A stretch of 58,865 nucleotides of DNA from Nanobdellota archaeon (GCA_038046465.1 JBBSWB010000041.1:1-58865); one strand, 5' to 3'. Shown: positions 18,894 to 29,627, numbered from the stretch's first letter. Made by a program: numbers and translations. Notes: a model not told the origin generated them from the letters alone.

Positions 18894-21701
18894 TTACCTT
18901 CTTCTTTTAAGGTAAATGATTACAAAGGCAGCAATAATCACAACTAAAGCGATTGCTACTACCCAAGGCCAAGTTATTTTCTGTGCAGCTTCTCCGGCAA
19001 CTTCGCCAGCAGGTACTTCACCGGCAACTTCTCCGGCAGGTACTTCACCAGCAGGTACTTCACCAGCAGGTACTTCTGCAGCTGCGCCAACGCCTTTCTC
19101 ACCAATGATAAAGTAGCTAAATCCTGGCGTGGTTGCGGTATAATGGACATAAGTTCCATCATCCTTGACAAAAGTAGTTCCCAATTCAGTCCATTTACTA
19201 TCAACATAGCGGTAGATAGCAACTTGGTTTTGAGTTAATCCTTTTGCAGTTAACCAGGTTTTTTCAACCTTAAAGTCGATTACTGCATCTTTAATGTTAT
19301 CCTCTTTTAAAGCAACCCCTTTAGTAATCTCTATATTTTTGTAGACTGCGCCGCTGAAGCTTGCCATAGAGCTTGGTAAACCATCTACTTTAGCAACTTT
19401 CACCCAGGCACCATAAACCGTGCTAGGGGCTACGAAAGATACCTCAGTAACACCAACTACACCATTATCAACTTCGACTGTTGCGGTTTCACCAGCATTG
19501 ATGGATGCCCATACTTCTTTACCGAATTGGCCCGTAATTCCAGCAGATGAACCTCCGCCAGATCCGCTTGTACCTGAACCGCTGGTAGTATCGGAATCTG
19601 TTGCAAAAGTAACCGACTCAGTAACATTATTGGACAATTCATCAACACACCGCATATTAAAAGTATAACTAGTCCCAGCAGTTAAACCGGTATAAGTTAA
19701 AGTGTAAGATGAACCGGAGCCCGTAATACTGCCTTGCCCTTTAGTGTCTTCACAATAGATTACATCAGTAGCCGTAGCAACATCCAGCACTAATTTGCTG
19801 GTAGTTGAACTGCTTGATCTGGTCACAGTCGTAGCAGGAGCAGTATAATCTGTATAAAACGTAATGGTTTCTGTTGCATTTTGGTTATTGCCATGTGATC
19901 CGCCGACCCCCCCAGCACTATCATTGACAAAGATAGTAACGGTGTTGTTACCTTCTGCAAGTCTGGACACATTGTAAGAAAATACCCAACTTGTGTATTT
20001 ACCGTAAGCATTTGCAAGGGTATTTGGTCGTTGAGCAAAGACGGTTACATTAAAGTCTGCACCACTAGCATTATTAAACATTAAAATTACTGCCGATATG
20101 TTAGTCAGGTTTAAGTTAGCGGTAACGTTAAAGGTGGCGTTATCTGAATGCAGGTTAAACGGTCTTCCATTACTAGTTGAAGGGTGAGTAACATTTATCC
20201 AGGAATTAAGGTTAAAAGTAAGCGTCTCTGTAGCATTTCGGTTATCCAAACTATCATTAACCCAAATGGTTACGCTGTTAGTCCCTGGATGTAAGGTTGA
20301 AATATTATAGCTAGGAGACCACCAAGTAAAACCATTGTTAGTTACGCCTTTTCCTCCCTGTTCATCAACAACATCAAGCGTATAGTTGAAATCCTTTCCG
20401 CTGGCATTATCAAACTGTAAAATGACATATTTAATTTCAGCGCTTCTTGTACCAGTAAAGTTTCCAGCAACGGAAAGATTAAATGTCTTGTTGCCAGTAC
20501 TGTAGTTGTAAATCACTCCCGATGTATTTATAGAAAGTTTAGTCGTACTTAAATTCAACCAAGTAACATTTAACTGCCTATTTACTTCAAAAGAGGCTGT
20601 TTGTGATTGGTTTATGTTGCCTTTGGAATCATTTACCCACAATCTAACCGTTCGCGTTCCTGGACGCAGCATGGAAAGATTATAACTAAGATTTGCAAGT
20701 ATAGTTGCAGTATCCCCATGAGCAACAGGTATACTAATATTAAAACTACCGACAGTTGCATCAGTATTGTTATTAAACATCAAATAAATAGTATCAATCC
20801 AAGTAATGTTACCATTTATGGAAACATTGATAGAGAAATTACTCATACCATTATTATATGGTCTTCCAGTACCCCACCCAAATAATTTGCCATCGGGGCT
20901 ACCTACAATAGTGGTATTAAATGGTGTATTAAGGGTGAATGTAAAAGTTTCAGTACTATTCAGAAGGCCAAAGTTATCGTAAGCAAATATCCTTACGGTG
21001 TGTGTTCCAGCATGAAGTGCAGAAACGTTATAACTTACATTCCAATCAGTAAGGGAATTATTTCTAGCTATTGTTGAGTTAAACCCAAACTCCAATGCAT
21101 AAGTTCCATTGGAAAAGCTAAATGTCATGTTACGGGCTACTCTTGCCGGATAATCTTTAATTGTTGCGTGAAAAGTTATATTACCCGTAGTAATAGTATA
21201 AGCGGGAGTCCCCGTTGGTGATACAATTGTAACGTTAGGTGGAGAATTATCTACTGACACGTGTTCATTATGTCGACTAGTAACGTTATTGCATGCCCAT
21301 TCAAAAGACATATTTTGAGCGCAAAAAGTTAAGTTATAAACGCCATTACGCAGAGCTGATGAAATAAACCCTTTTGTTGCATTTAAAGTCCAGGTAGTAT
21401 TCCAATTAGTTTGGTTGCCAGTGGTGTTGGTAACGGTGACGTTTAACTCTAAGCTATTAGTTGCCATCAAATACCATAAAAATGAGACATTAGTTACATT
21501 ATCAGCATTTGTATATACGCTTAAGTTTGAATAGTTACCGGTAACATTCACGTTCGGACCGGGAGACCTGCCCTCAAACATCTCCGGGGAAAATAAAGTT
21601 ATATCTGCCCTGCTATTTAAAATAATTAAACCACTTGAATAAACCATAACAGCAAAAGCTAATATTAAAACCAACCAAATAATAAATGATTTCGTTTTCA
21701 T
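18894..21701 (-). CDS. Large N-glycosylation-rich cell-surface protein (signal peptide, repeated Ig-like modules, PGF-type C-terminal region, TM anchor)
   Basis: 935 aa with an N-terminal hydrophobic signal. Dozens of N-x-S/T sequons are present. Modules recur, ending in ..GT.TV.I.VNDS.GN.N.TET.TF.LN. The C-terminus carries TTPGFSYFIIGEK, a VPAGE repeat and a TM helix followed by KRRR. Confidence 0.8.
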   Translation of the reverse strand: MKTKSFIIWLVLILAFAVMVYSSGLIILNSRADITLFSPEMFEGRSPGPNVNVTGNYSNLSVYTNADNVTNVSFLWYLMATNSLELNVTVTNTTGNQTNWNTTWTLNATKGFISSALRNGVYNLTFCAQNMSFEWACNNVTSRHNEHVSVDNSPPNVTIVSPTGTPAYTITTGNITFHATIKDYPARVARNMTFSFSNGTYALEFGFNSTIARNNSLTDWNVSYNVSALHAGTHTVRIFAYDNFGLLNSTETFTFTLNTPFNTTIVGSPDGKLFGWGTGRPYNNGMSNFSINVSINGNITWIDTIYLMFNNNTDATVGSFNISIPVAHGDTATILANLSYNLSMLRPGTRTVRLWVNDSKGNINQSQTASFEVNRQLNVTWLNLSTTKLSINTSGVIYNYSTGNKTFNLSVAGNFTGTRSAEIKYVILQFDNASGKDFNYTLDVVDEQGGKGVTNNGFTWWSPSYNISTLHPGTNSVTIWVNDSLDNRNATETLTFNLNSWINVTHPSTSNGRPFNLHSDNATFNVTANLNLTNISAVILMFNNASGADFNVTVFAQRPNTLANAYGKYTSWVFSYNVSRLAEGNNTVTIFVNDSAGGVGGSHGNNQNATETITFYTDYTAPATTVTRSSSSTTSKLVLDVATATDVIYCEDTKGQGSITGSGSSYTLTYTGLTAGTSYTFNMRCVDELSNNVTESVTFATDSDTTSGSGTSGSGGGSSAGITGQFGKEVWASINAGETATVEVDNGVVGVTEVSFVAPSTVYGAWVKVAKVDGLPSSMASFSGAVYKNIEITKGVALKEDNIKDAVIDFKVEKTWLTAKGLTQNQVAIYRYVDSKWTELGTTFVKDDGTYVHYTATTPGFSYFIIGEKGVGAAAEVPAGEVPAGEVPAGEVAGEVPAGEVAGEAAQKITWPWVVAIALVVIIAAFVIIYLKRRR
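18989..19077. repeat. In-frame tandem repeat (about 15-nt units) encoding (E)VPAGE x about 6 near the C-terminal anchor
   Basis: ccagcaggtacttca-type units, read directly from the sequence. Confidence 0.8.
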
Positions 21702-21916
21702 CTAACAACACCTTCTTTTTTTTAATTTTATTATACTCTTAATTTATTTAACACTCATTAACACATCTATCGATTAAATATACGTAATTGGAACTATCTT
21801 CTAGAATATAACTTAATGGATTTATAAACATTTATTTTCATTTTAAAATAGTAACTGTGTTAGTTGGGGCGGAGGTGCAAACACTTTTATATACTAAAAA
21901 AGTCTTTCTAACCAGA

Positions 21917-23134
21917 ATGAAACGATTTACTTTAGAAAATTTCCCTCTGGAAAATAAAACAGTTTTCTTAAGAGTCGATTATAATGTCCCTCTAGAAAAA
22001 GAGAAAGTTGTCGACGATAACAAGATAAGATCATCTTTGCCGACGATTAGGTATCTTCTTCAAAAAAATTGTAAAATTGTCCTGGCAACACATCTGGGAA
22101 ATCCGGCCGGAAAAGTAGATGCGAAATTGAAAGTAAACCCTTTATTTAGTAGACTACAAGAATTGCTGTCTAAAGAGAAAAAATGGAACATTATCCAATT
22201 TATTAAACTGAATGACTGTATTGGGAAAGAAATCAAAGCAAAAATAGCGGAAAGCAAACCAAAAACGATTTTTATGCTGGAAAATCTGCGCTTTTACCGA
22301 GAAGAAGAAACAAATGATGTTTTCTTCGCTCATTCCTTGGCTCAGCTTGCCGAAGTATATGTGAATGATGCTTTTGCTGTTTCCCATCGGAAACATGCTT
22401 CTGTAGACGCTATTACTAAATATTTACCTTCCTTGCCGGGCCTTTTATTAGAAACTGAAATACAGCAATTAAGTTTAGCTTTAAATCCAAAAAAACCAGC
22501 TATCTGGATTATGGGCGGCGCAAAATTAAACAAAATTGATCTGATTAAACAAGCCCTGAAAAAAGCAGATTATTTGTTAATTGGAGGAGCATTAGCCTTT
22601 TCTTTTTTGCGGGCTAAAGGAATTAACATGGGCTTGTCTAAACTGGATCCGGAATCAGTCAAAATAGCCGCAAAAATACTTAAATCCGAAGCGGCAAAAA
22701 AAATAATCTTGCCAGTTGATTTTGTTGCTGCAGCTGATTTTTCTCCGCATGCACAAACTGAAATAGTAAAGTATAATCATCTTCAGGACCAACAAACTGC
22801 TTTAGATCTTGGACCAGAAACCGTCAGTTTATTTAAGCAATATCTGCGCAAAGCGCACACTATTGTATGGAATGGACCATTAGGTTATTTTGAATGGGCT
22901 AAATTTGCCCATTCGACTAAAGAAATCGGCCGTTTCTTAGGTAAATTGACGGCAACAGCTATCTGCGGAGGAGGCGAAACCGTAGAAGCAGTTAGGAAAT
23001 TTCGTTTGGAACACTATTTTACCCATGTATCTACCGGCGGAGGAGCAGCGTTAATGTTTTTATCCGGCCAAGAATTGCCGGGAATAACCGCTTTGGAAAA
23101 TAATTATCAGAAATTTAAAAGAAAGTTTAGATAG
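21917..23134 (+). CDS. pgk: Phosphoglycerate kinase
   Basis: RVDYNVPL, THLGNP, VNDAF..SHR and GGGE / STGGGA motifs. The ATG at 21917 (MKRFTL) fits the family N-terminus better than the track start at 21857. Confidence 0.93.
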   Translation: MKRFTLENFPLENKTVFLRVDYNVPLEKEKVVDDNKIRSSLPTIRYLLQKNCKIVLATHLGNPAGKVDAKLKVNPLFSRLQELLSKEKKWNIIQFIKLNDCIGKEIKAKIAESKPKTIFMLENLRFYREEETNDVFFAHSLAQLAEVYVNDAFAVSHRKHASVDAITKYLPSLPGLLLETEIQQLSLALNPKKPAIWIMGGAKLNKIDLIKQALKKADYLLIGGALAFSFLRAKGINMGLSKLDPESVKIAAKILKSEAAKKIILPVDFVAAADFSPHAQTEIVKYNHLQDQQTALDLGPETVSLFKQYLRKAHTIVWNGPLGYFEWAKFAHSTKEIGRFLGKLTATAICGGGETVEAVRKFRLEHYFTHVSTGGGAALMFLSGQELPGITALENNYQKFKRKFR

Positions 23135-23193
23135 ATAAATTAAACTAGAACGTTAAAATAAACTAGAAAAAAGTTAAATAAATAAAGTTGAGA

Positions 23194-24627
23194 TCAAAAC
23201 CCGATAATTACTTTTTTATGCAATTCTGCATCAACCATATTTTGGAATAAATTTTGCTCTCCGGCTAATTGTTCGATCAGCTTAATTTTCTTATCTTCTA
23301 ACAATAAAATTTCGCCGGATAAAGCTTCAATTTGCCTAGAGAAATGTTCCAACCGGTATTCTAAATCTTCCACTTTAGAAATGAAATCGTTATTGGCAGG
23401 AATCCAGCCAAGCGAATGTAATTCTTCAGTCAATCTGCTTTGGTTCTGCTGCAGTTGATTCAAATAAGTTCCTTCTACTTTATCCAAAAATTCTAACAGG
23501 AAATTAGTTTCTTTTGAACTTAATGAAAATCGTTCCTCATTCAAAACTGCTTTAAGTTGTTTTAAAATCGGTTTGATAGATAAATTCTGGTCGTTGATAA
23601 AGGCAGCAACGGAATCTTTTAGATAGGTATCAATCAATTGGCCATTGTTAAAAGAATTATTTAAATTACTTCCAGGTAAATTGCTTCCCGGATTAATGCC
23701 TGCCGAAATTAATTCTTTTTCAAAATCTTTATAGCGGATTAATAGCGGCCTTATTTTAGAAAAGAAAATAAAAATAGAATCTTTGTTTCCTTCGATCTTT
23801 TTTAGAATCTCGGCCCTTTTTTGTTTGAGGCTGCTTAAGGAAACATATCCGGGTTCTTGTTTTAATTCAGCAATTTGAATTTCTTTTTCTTTTTTCTTGC
23901 TGTCGGCAATATTCTGTCTTTCCCGTTTGCTCAGTAATTCTTTTTCCAGCATTTCTAACTGGGAAACATGACTGTTCAATAAAACTGTTTTTTGGGTTAA
24001 AAATTTAATTGCACTATAACCGCAGGAAGTTAATTTCTGCTCAAAATCTCTTTTAATGTTTTCAAGCTCAAGTAGTTCGGTTAGTAAATGATTAGTTATT
24101 TGGTTGTTAGAATTGTTGGCTGAATCATTTGCGGCTTCGCTTTGGTTAGTATCCGCTTTAATAGGGTCTTTAACAGAATCGTCATTAAAAATTAGGTTAA
24201 AACTGGTAACAAAATCTGTTCCGTCTGCTTTTTGTAGTAGGTATTTTATTTTAGGTTCCAGGGATAAATTAAGACCAAGAACCGTTTCTACAGTAATATT
24301 TTCCGGGAAAGTTAATACTCCTAACGCAGTTCTGGTTTCTTGAAATAAATTTTTAATTTCTTCCAAATCATAATCGATCCAATCGGCACCAAAAGGTTTT
24401 AATTTACTTTCCCATTCATCCAACTGGCGTTCTAACATCCAGCGTTTATCTTTAAGAACATTAACGTAATTAACTAGTTCCCCATTTAATCCGGAAGTAG
24501 TCAGCAGCTGTTGGGTCTGTAATTTTAACCAAGCATCTAGATCAGTTAACTGAACGTTTTCAATCTGGTCATTAGCTTCTGTTGATCCTTTTTTGAAAAA
24601 ATTTAATGCTTTAAACAACCACGACAC
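23194..24627 (-). CDS. Hypothetical coiled-coil protein (477 aa)
   Basis: Long ORF with heptad-like, low-complexity Q/E/L/K composition. No catalytic motif. Confidence 0.55.
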   Translation of the reverse strand: MSWLFKALNFFKKGSTEANDQIENVQLTDLDAWLKLQTQQLLTTSGLNGELVNYVNVLKDKRWMLERQLDEWESKLKPFGADWIDYDLEEIKNLFQETRTALGVLTFPENITVETVLGLNLSLEPKIKYLLQKADGTDFVTSFNLIFNDDSVKDPIKADTNQSEAANDSANNSNNQITNHLLTELLELENIKRDFEQKLTSCGYSAIKFLTQKTVLLNSHVSQLEMLEKELLSKRERQNIADSKKKEKEIQIAELKQEPGYVSLSSLKQKRAEILKKIEGNKDSIFIFFSKIRPLLIRYKDFEKELISAGINPGSNLPGSNLNNSFNNGQLIDTYLKDSVAAFINDQNLSIKPILKQLKAVLNEERFSLSSKETNFLLEFLDKVEGTYLNQLQQNQSRLTEELHSLGWIPANNDFISKVEDLEYRLEHFSRQIEALSGEILLLEDKKIKLIEQLAGEQNLFQNMVDAELHKKVIIGF

Positions 24628-24739
24628 GTTTTACACCCCTTAAACTACCTTTTTGCTAAAGAAGGGGGTGGCGAGGGCTTTTTAAGAATTTCTGTATGGG
24701 AAAATACAGGAAAAACCAGTAATCAAAACGAAATTGGGT

Positions 24740-25939
24740 TTATTTCCCAGAAACAATCTCAACTACATCTAAATTCTTCAACAGATAATCTTTGCCAACT
24801 GTTCTTTTAGTGCGGACATCTTTGGCACAGATAAAGTTTTTTCCAAAATCAGTATGTAACTTATAGGCAAAATCTAACGCCGTGCTTTTAGGAGGCATTA
24901 AAAAACAATCGGGCAGAACCCGGCCTTCTTTATCTTCTAATTTAGCTACTCCTCCCGGGAAGATAGCAATATATTGCAGTAAATTAAATACCGCTTGGTC
25001 TAAAACTTCCTGCACGCCGGTAGAAGAAAATTTATCTAAAACATTGGTTTGAATAAACTCCAATGCTTTCTTTTGCCGTTCAGTTAATTTTTCTTCATTA
25101 GTGAGCGTAAACTTATTTTCTCCAGGTACATATTTAATTAACCCAGCTTTACCTGCTTCCCTTAAAGCCAATTCTGATTCAGCAGAACAGCCAATAAATA
25201 GATAACTAGTAAACTGTTTTTTTAATCTATTAAAATTAGCTTCTGCACCGGGAACATCAATTTTGTTGCAAGCAATAATCATGGGTTTCGTTTTCTTCCT
25301 TAACGTGGTTGCTAAATTATGTAAATCCTCTTCCGCCCATCCATTGGGCTTATCTTTATCTAAACCCAACTGAGCTATAACTTCTTCAACCATTTTATCA
25401 GTAACTTTTAACCCTGACAGCTGCTTACCTAGAGCAAGATGGACCTCTAATTTTTCTTGCATGACCGTCCGAGCAAATTTTTCCCAGCCCTTCTTAATAA
25501 TACCTAAATACCACATATCCAATTCTACTTCTAAAAATTTAACGTCTTCAGCAGGATCATAACTGCCTGCTTCTACTACTTCGCCTTTTTCATTAGTTGA
25601 ACCAGAAACATCGATAACGTGAACCAAAACATCGGCCTGTCTTAAATCGTCTAAGAATTGGTTGCCCATACCTAAGCCTTCGTGCGCACCGGGAACTAAG
25701 CCGGCTACATCGAGCATCTGCACCGGAACAAACCGAGACTTATCTATTACATATCCATTGCGGGGATTAGAAATTTTTCCAAAATCTCTGGCTGGGTCAT
25801 TAACTTTTACATACCCGACCCCAGAATTGGGTTTAATAGTAACGAAGGGATAATTAGCAATTTCTACTTCTGCCAAGGTTGCTGCCTTAAAAAAGGTGCT
25901 TTTTCCAACATTAGGTTTTCCTACGATTCCGATGAGCAT
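24740..25939 (-). CDS. ychF: Obg-like ATPase/GTPase of the YchF/OLA1 family with C-terminal TGS-like domain
   Basis: GIVGKPNVGKSTFF P-loop, DVAGLV.GA and NK.D motifs. Confidence 0.88.
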   Translation of the reverse strand: MLIGIVGKPNVGKSTFFKAATLAEVEIANYPFVTIKPNSGVGYVKVNDPARDFGKISNPRNGYVIDKSRFVPVQMLDVAGLVPGAHEGLGMGNQFLDDLRQADVLVHVIDVSGSTNEKGEVVEAGSYDPAEDVKFLEVELDMWYLGIIKKGWEKFARTVMQEKLEVHLALGKQLSGLKVTDKMVEEVIAQLGLDKDKPNGWAEEDLHNLATTLRKKTKPMIIACNKIDVPGAEANFNRLKKQFTSYLFIGCSAESELALREAGKAGLIKYVPGENKFTLTNEEKLTERQKKALEFIQTNVLDKFSSTGVQEVLDQAVFNLLQYIAIFPGGVAKLEDKEGRVLPDCFLMPPKSTALDFAYKLHTDFGKNFICAKDVRTKRTVGKDYLLKNLDVVEIVSGK

Positions 25940-25996
25940 TTTTAGGTTTCAAAATTCATTAGATATATAAACATTTACTTAAAAAAATAAAATGAT

Positions 25997-26118
25997 AAAA
26001 ATCACCTTGGCCGCTCGTTCGGCCTATCCTAGCCAATAACTTTCGAAGGGATAGGACTTAATTTATTACTAAAGTATACATTCCCTCACTCGCCTCTTGG
26101 CCTAGGCGGTGATTTTTT
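25997..26118 (-). repeat. Structured hairpin repeat, copy A (family A/B/C; strand given relative to copy C)
   Basis: The reverse complement aligns along its whole length with 44606..44726. Stems are AAAAAATCACC/GGTGATTTTT, CCTAGGCC/GGCCAAGG and CCTATCC/GGATAGG. Confidence 0.7.
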
Positions 26119-26137
26119 ATGAAAATGAGATCAACTT

Positions 26138-26659
26138 ATGACTTTTGCTTTTGGACACCTGACTGGTGCTTGGCTGTTTGGAAAGATGACAGAATGGTTC
26201 AGCCGCAAAAAGATTCCTCTTTCGGCGTGGTTATATCTGCTCCTGGGGGGAATAATCTCTGATATTGATTTCTTATTAGACTGGACTTTCAAAACAGAAG
26301 CGCATCGGACCTTTACCCATAGTTTAATTTTTTTAATGGTCTCCTGCTTCCTTGTTTATGTGGTTTTGTTTTTATTGAACAAATCTAAAGAAGCTAAATT
26401 ATTTTCGTTGATGTTTGGTTCCGGAATAGTTGTTCATATTGTATTAGACATGCTGTTTTCCCAGGGAGTGCCTTTATTTTGGCCTAATTTATTACATTTC
26501 TCGTTTCAAGGACTTAGTTATTTTGACCCGGCCACCCCTTCTTGTTTAAACGGCTCTTACGAAACAATAAAACATTCTTTAAGATTAGCAGTGGTAGATA
26601 TGGCCCTAGGAACCGCTTGGGTGTTTTATTTTGCCCTTAGAAAACGAATTAAGTTTTGA
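26138..26659 (+). CDS. Membrane-bound metal-dependent hydrolase-like protein (YdjM/DUF457-like)
   Basis: Multi-TM protein, 173 aa, with conserved His positions (FGHLTG, HRTFTHS). Confidence 0.5.
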   Translation: MTFAFGHLTGAWLFGKMTEWFSRKKIPLSAWLYLLLGGIISDIDFLLDWTFKTEAHRTFTHSLIFLMVSCFLVYVVLFLLNKSKEAKLFSLMFGSGIVVHIVLDMLFSQGVPLFWPNLLHFSFQGLSYFDPATPSCLNGSYETIKHSLRLAVVDMALGTAWVFYFALRKRIKF

Positions 26660-26680
26660 GTTTATTAAATCGGCGGCTCT

Positions 26681-26828
26681 GTAGAAAAAGTCTAGGCCTT
26701 TCACTCGTTCAGTTCTAAAAAGCGTAACCGTTAAGAAAAAGAATAATTTAAAGATGGAACTGAACCTGTGTTAAATCTTACGAATTAAAATTACTCGTTC
26801 AAATCTTGGCCTAGACGACTTTTTCTAC
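26681..26828 (-). repeat. Structured hairpin repeat, copy B (divergent, longer member of family A/B/C)
   Basis: Stems are GTAGAAAAAG/CTTTTTCTAC, TCTAGGCC/GGCCTAGA and GGTTCAGTTC/GAACTGAAC. It shares TCTTGGCCTAG.CG and CTCGTTC motifs with copy A. Confidence 0.6.
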
Positions 26829-26879
26829 TAAACTAATTTAGACTAAACATTTATATACATAAATTTCTTCACTAACCTT

Positions 26880-27497
26880 GTGCCAGCAAAAAAAATTCCT
26901 TCGGACCGATTGATCCAAATTGTTAGCCCTATGCGGGTTAAGTATAAAGACGTCTTCAGCATAAAAGCATTCTATGAAGCTTTACACGAATGGTTATTAG
27001 AATACGAATGGAAAGATTTGGAAGAGGGATCAGATAAATATGAACGCTTTTATGGAGAGAGAGTCCGGCAAGACCGCTCCAAAGAAATTTGGATTAGGTG
27101 GCGTACTTGTAAAAAAGCTCCGGACGCAGATTATCTAACTTATTATTTGGATTTTGATTTTCACAGCCCAGCCATCGTAACGATGGAAGTGATTAAAGAA
27201 GGTAAAAAATTAAAGACTAATAAAGGAGAACTTGAACTCACTATAAGAGCCTTCATCGAAGAGAATTATAAAGAAACTATGGAAGGGCATCCATTTCTAA
27301 AACATTTTAAAGATTTATTTTCAAAAAGAATCTACAACAAAACTATTGTAGAACGAAAGAAAGAATTATACCGGGAAGTTTATGCCCTGCAGACCTTTAT
27401 CAAACAATGGTTCAAGTTGAAGAGATACCAGCCTTACGAAGATACAAAAACGCTGTTTGCCAGTGAAGCTTATCCTTCGCATTTGAAAGAGAAATAG
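26880..27497 (+). CDS. Hypothetical protein (205 aa)
   Basis: Intact ORF starting at a GTG about 25 nt downstream of a TATA-like ATTTATATA. An alternative ATG lies at 26931. Confidence 0.5.
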   Translation: MPAKKIPSDRLIQIVSPMRVKYKDVFSIKAFYEALHEWLLEYEWKDLEEGSDKYERFYGERVRQDRSKEIWIRWRTCKKAPDADYLTYYLDFDFHSPAIVTMEVIKEGKKLKTNKGELELTIRAFIEENYKETMEGHPFLKHFKDLFSKRIYNKTIVERKKELYREVYALQTFIKQWFKLKRYQPYEDTKTLFASEAYPSHLKEK

Positions 27498-27552
27498 ATA
27501 TTAAAAAACACAACAACAACAAAGTTTTTAAAGTTATAAAGTCAAGATAAAA

Positions 27553-28116
27553 TTGCCCATGGAAAGAGAAGTAAAAAATTTAAATATTCTCAGTCAGTTT
27601 TGCGAAGATTTCTGCACGATTATTAACAAACATTGCAAATATATTGTGGTGTCAGGATTTGTTGCTATTGCTTCAGGAAGAACCAGAGGCACAGAAGATA
27701 TCGATTTAATCATGGAAAGAGTTGATTTTAACAGATTTAAAACAATCTTTGCAGACCTGAAACGGAGCGGATTTGTTTGCATGCAATCAGCTGACGTGAA
27801 AGAGATTTATGATTATTTAACAGAAAACCTCTCGGTAAGATTTACTCGAAAAAATAAACCTTTACCGGAGATGGAAGTAAAATTTGCCAAGGACGAATTA
27901 GACAATTACCAATTAAATACTAAAGTAAAATTAGAACTTACCGGCTTAGGAGTATGGTTCAGTAATATCAACGTGAACCTCGCTTTCAAAGAAGAACTTT
28001 TAAAAAGCCCAAAAGATTTAGAAGATGCTAAACATTTAAGAATTGTTTACTCTGAATTGGTTAACGAAAAAGAAATTAATGAAATAAAAAAAATGATTAA
28101 ACGGTTAAGATTATGA
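27553..28116 (+). CDS. Minimal nucleotidyltransferase-fold protein (AbiEii/DUF-type NTase-like)
   Basis: GFVAIASGRTRGTEDIDLIM fits the G[SG]-x(9-13)-D.D polymerase-beta-like NTase signature. Confidence 0.5.
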   Translation: MPMEREVKNLNILSQFCEDFCTIINKHCKYIVVSGFVAIASGRTRGTEDIDLIMERVDFNRFKTIFADLKRSGFVCMQSADVKEIYDYLTENLSVRFTRKNKPLPEMEVKFAKDELDNYQLNTKVKLELTGLGVWFSNINVNLAFKEELLKSPKDLEDAKHLRIVYSELVNEKEINEIKKMIKRLRL

Positions 28117-28349
28117 GAGAATCCCATTTAGGTCAAATAACAAGATGGGCTAATTTTGTTAGAAGCAATCCGGAATGGAGAGAGGCCCACAATGAGTTTA
28201 TTAATGCTCTTTTTGATAGCCACGAAAAGATTATTAAAACATTGCTTAAAACTAAGCATGGAAAAAAGAAAATAATCAAACTATACGGGATTAAAAACAC
28301 CAAGGGATATGATTGGTTAAATCACAAAAAAACTAAAAAAATGCATTAA
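28113..28349 (+). CDS. Hypothetical small basic protein (78 aa), translationally coupled to 27553..28116
   Basis: 4-nt ATGA overlap with the upstream gene. Confidence 0.45.
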   Translation: MRESHLGQITRWANFVRSNPEWREAHNEFINALFDSHEKIIKTLLKTKHGKKKIIKLYGIKNTKGYDWLNHKKTKKMH

Positions 28350-28411
28350 TAATTTAAAAAATCAAAAGAAGTTTAAAAAAAGAAATTAAAAAATAAAAAA
28401 AAGTTTTTTCT

Positions 28412-29152
28412 TTATTCTACGTCAAGGAAGAAATAGTAGGTTTCCGTACCACCTACTCCCGTCGTATTTACTGGCACTATTAACTCATAATCAACCAGAG
28501 TTAAGTTCCTAAAATCCCTTTCGTCGGCATCAACAGCTACCCCAAAGGCAAAATCAATTTCCTGTGCTGGCGAAGCTGTATCAGTAAAAACGCCACTTTT
28601 GTAAATGCTGGTATTCAGAACGCACCCCGCACATTGCGCCGTGCCGGTATCCTCGTATGCTCTTAAACCTACTGCGGGCACACTAGTTACTGTCGCAATG
28701 GTGGCAGTACCAGTAAATACCGACGTTGCTGAATCAACATCCGCTGTTGAAAATCCCCAAGCGCTGTCAGCGTTTCCTGCAGATGCTGCAAGAAGATTGC
28801 TAAAATCAAAAGCTGAATCGGGCGCGGCAAAAACACTCTTGATCTGGCTATTCGTTACAGAGCCAAAGTCATAGAGGACATCAGAACCGAATCCTAATTT
28901 TAAAGCACTGGTTACCTGACCAAAATAACCCGCCCACTTACCTGTGCTCTTTGTTGCAGTCACGTTTAGCTGGGTTACGTTGCCTGCCCGGGCATTATGC
29001 GAACCGGCGCCCGTATTGGTTAAACGACCGTTAGCATACGCCGTTACAGAACCCCCAGAAACTGCATCGCTTTTATCAACTGCAACAGCCATAAAAGCTA
29101 ACATTAAAAAAACTATCGTAGTCAAAACTAATCCCGCCATCTTTTTTTCCAT
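28412..29152 (-). CDS. Secreted protein carrying the module shared with 33110..34123 and 35007..36599
   Basis: Signal peptide (..LMLAFMAVAV/DKS), G/S/T/A-rich composition, and a C-terminal ..DYELIVPVN....TYYFFLDVE motif. Visibly more GC-rich than neighbours. Confidence 0.65.
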   Translation of the reverse strand: MEKKMAGLVLTTIVFLMLAFMAVAVDKSDAVSGGSVTAYANGRLTNTGAGSHNARAGNVTQLNVTATKSTGKWAGYFGQVTSALKLGFGSDVLYDFGSVTNSQIKSVFAAPDSAFDFSNLLAASAGNADSAWGFSTADVDSATSVFTGTATIATVTSVPAVGLRAYEDTGTAQCAGCVLNTSIYKSGVFTDTASPAQEIDFAFGVAVDADERDFRNLTLVDYELIVPVNTTGVGGTETYYFFLDVE

Positions 29153-29627
29153 ACTCTCACCCTCTCCTTATTTTTTATATTTTTATTTACTCGCCTTACT
29201 TTTTACTTTTAGTTTGTTTTTTATTTTGTGTTCAGTTTAGTAAGGTAAGTTAGCGTAAAACAGAAGAGCAATATAAACATTTATTTGATGAGTTATATTC
29301 TTTAAAAAACCGCTAATCGGTCCTATTTTTTACAAATCAATTTACCCATTATATATATTAAAATTTAATGAATGCGTTGTCTATTTTAATGATGATTTGA
29401 ATTGATTATTTAATTATTAATTATTTTAAGAATATACTTTTAACATAAAAAAACATTTTTATCATTTAACTATTTTTGTCATTTTTATTAGTTAAAATAC
29501 TTTTATAATAAATAACACAAAACAACTTTTGTTATAGAAATACTAAAGAGTAGAAAAGGTTATAATCACCTTACTTTCAAACAGTAGTTGCCCCATAGTT
29601 GCTCTATAAAAATATTAATGGTTAAAA

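Noticed and set aside
25989-26128. Possible 7-bp target-site duplication AAAATGA around element A (MITE hypothesis)
   Set aside because: A 7-mer of this composition is expected by chance in AT-rich DNA. Elements B and C show no flanking duplication.
29240-29627. About 390-bp extremely AT-rich gap as a replication origin
   Set aside because: No ORB-like repeats and no cdc6/orc gene nearby. It is more simply the divergent promoter region of two surface-cluster genes.
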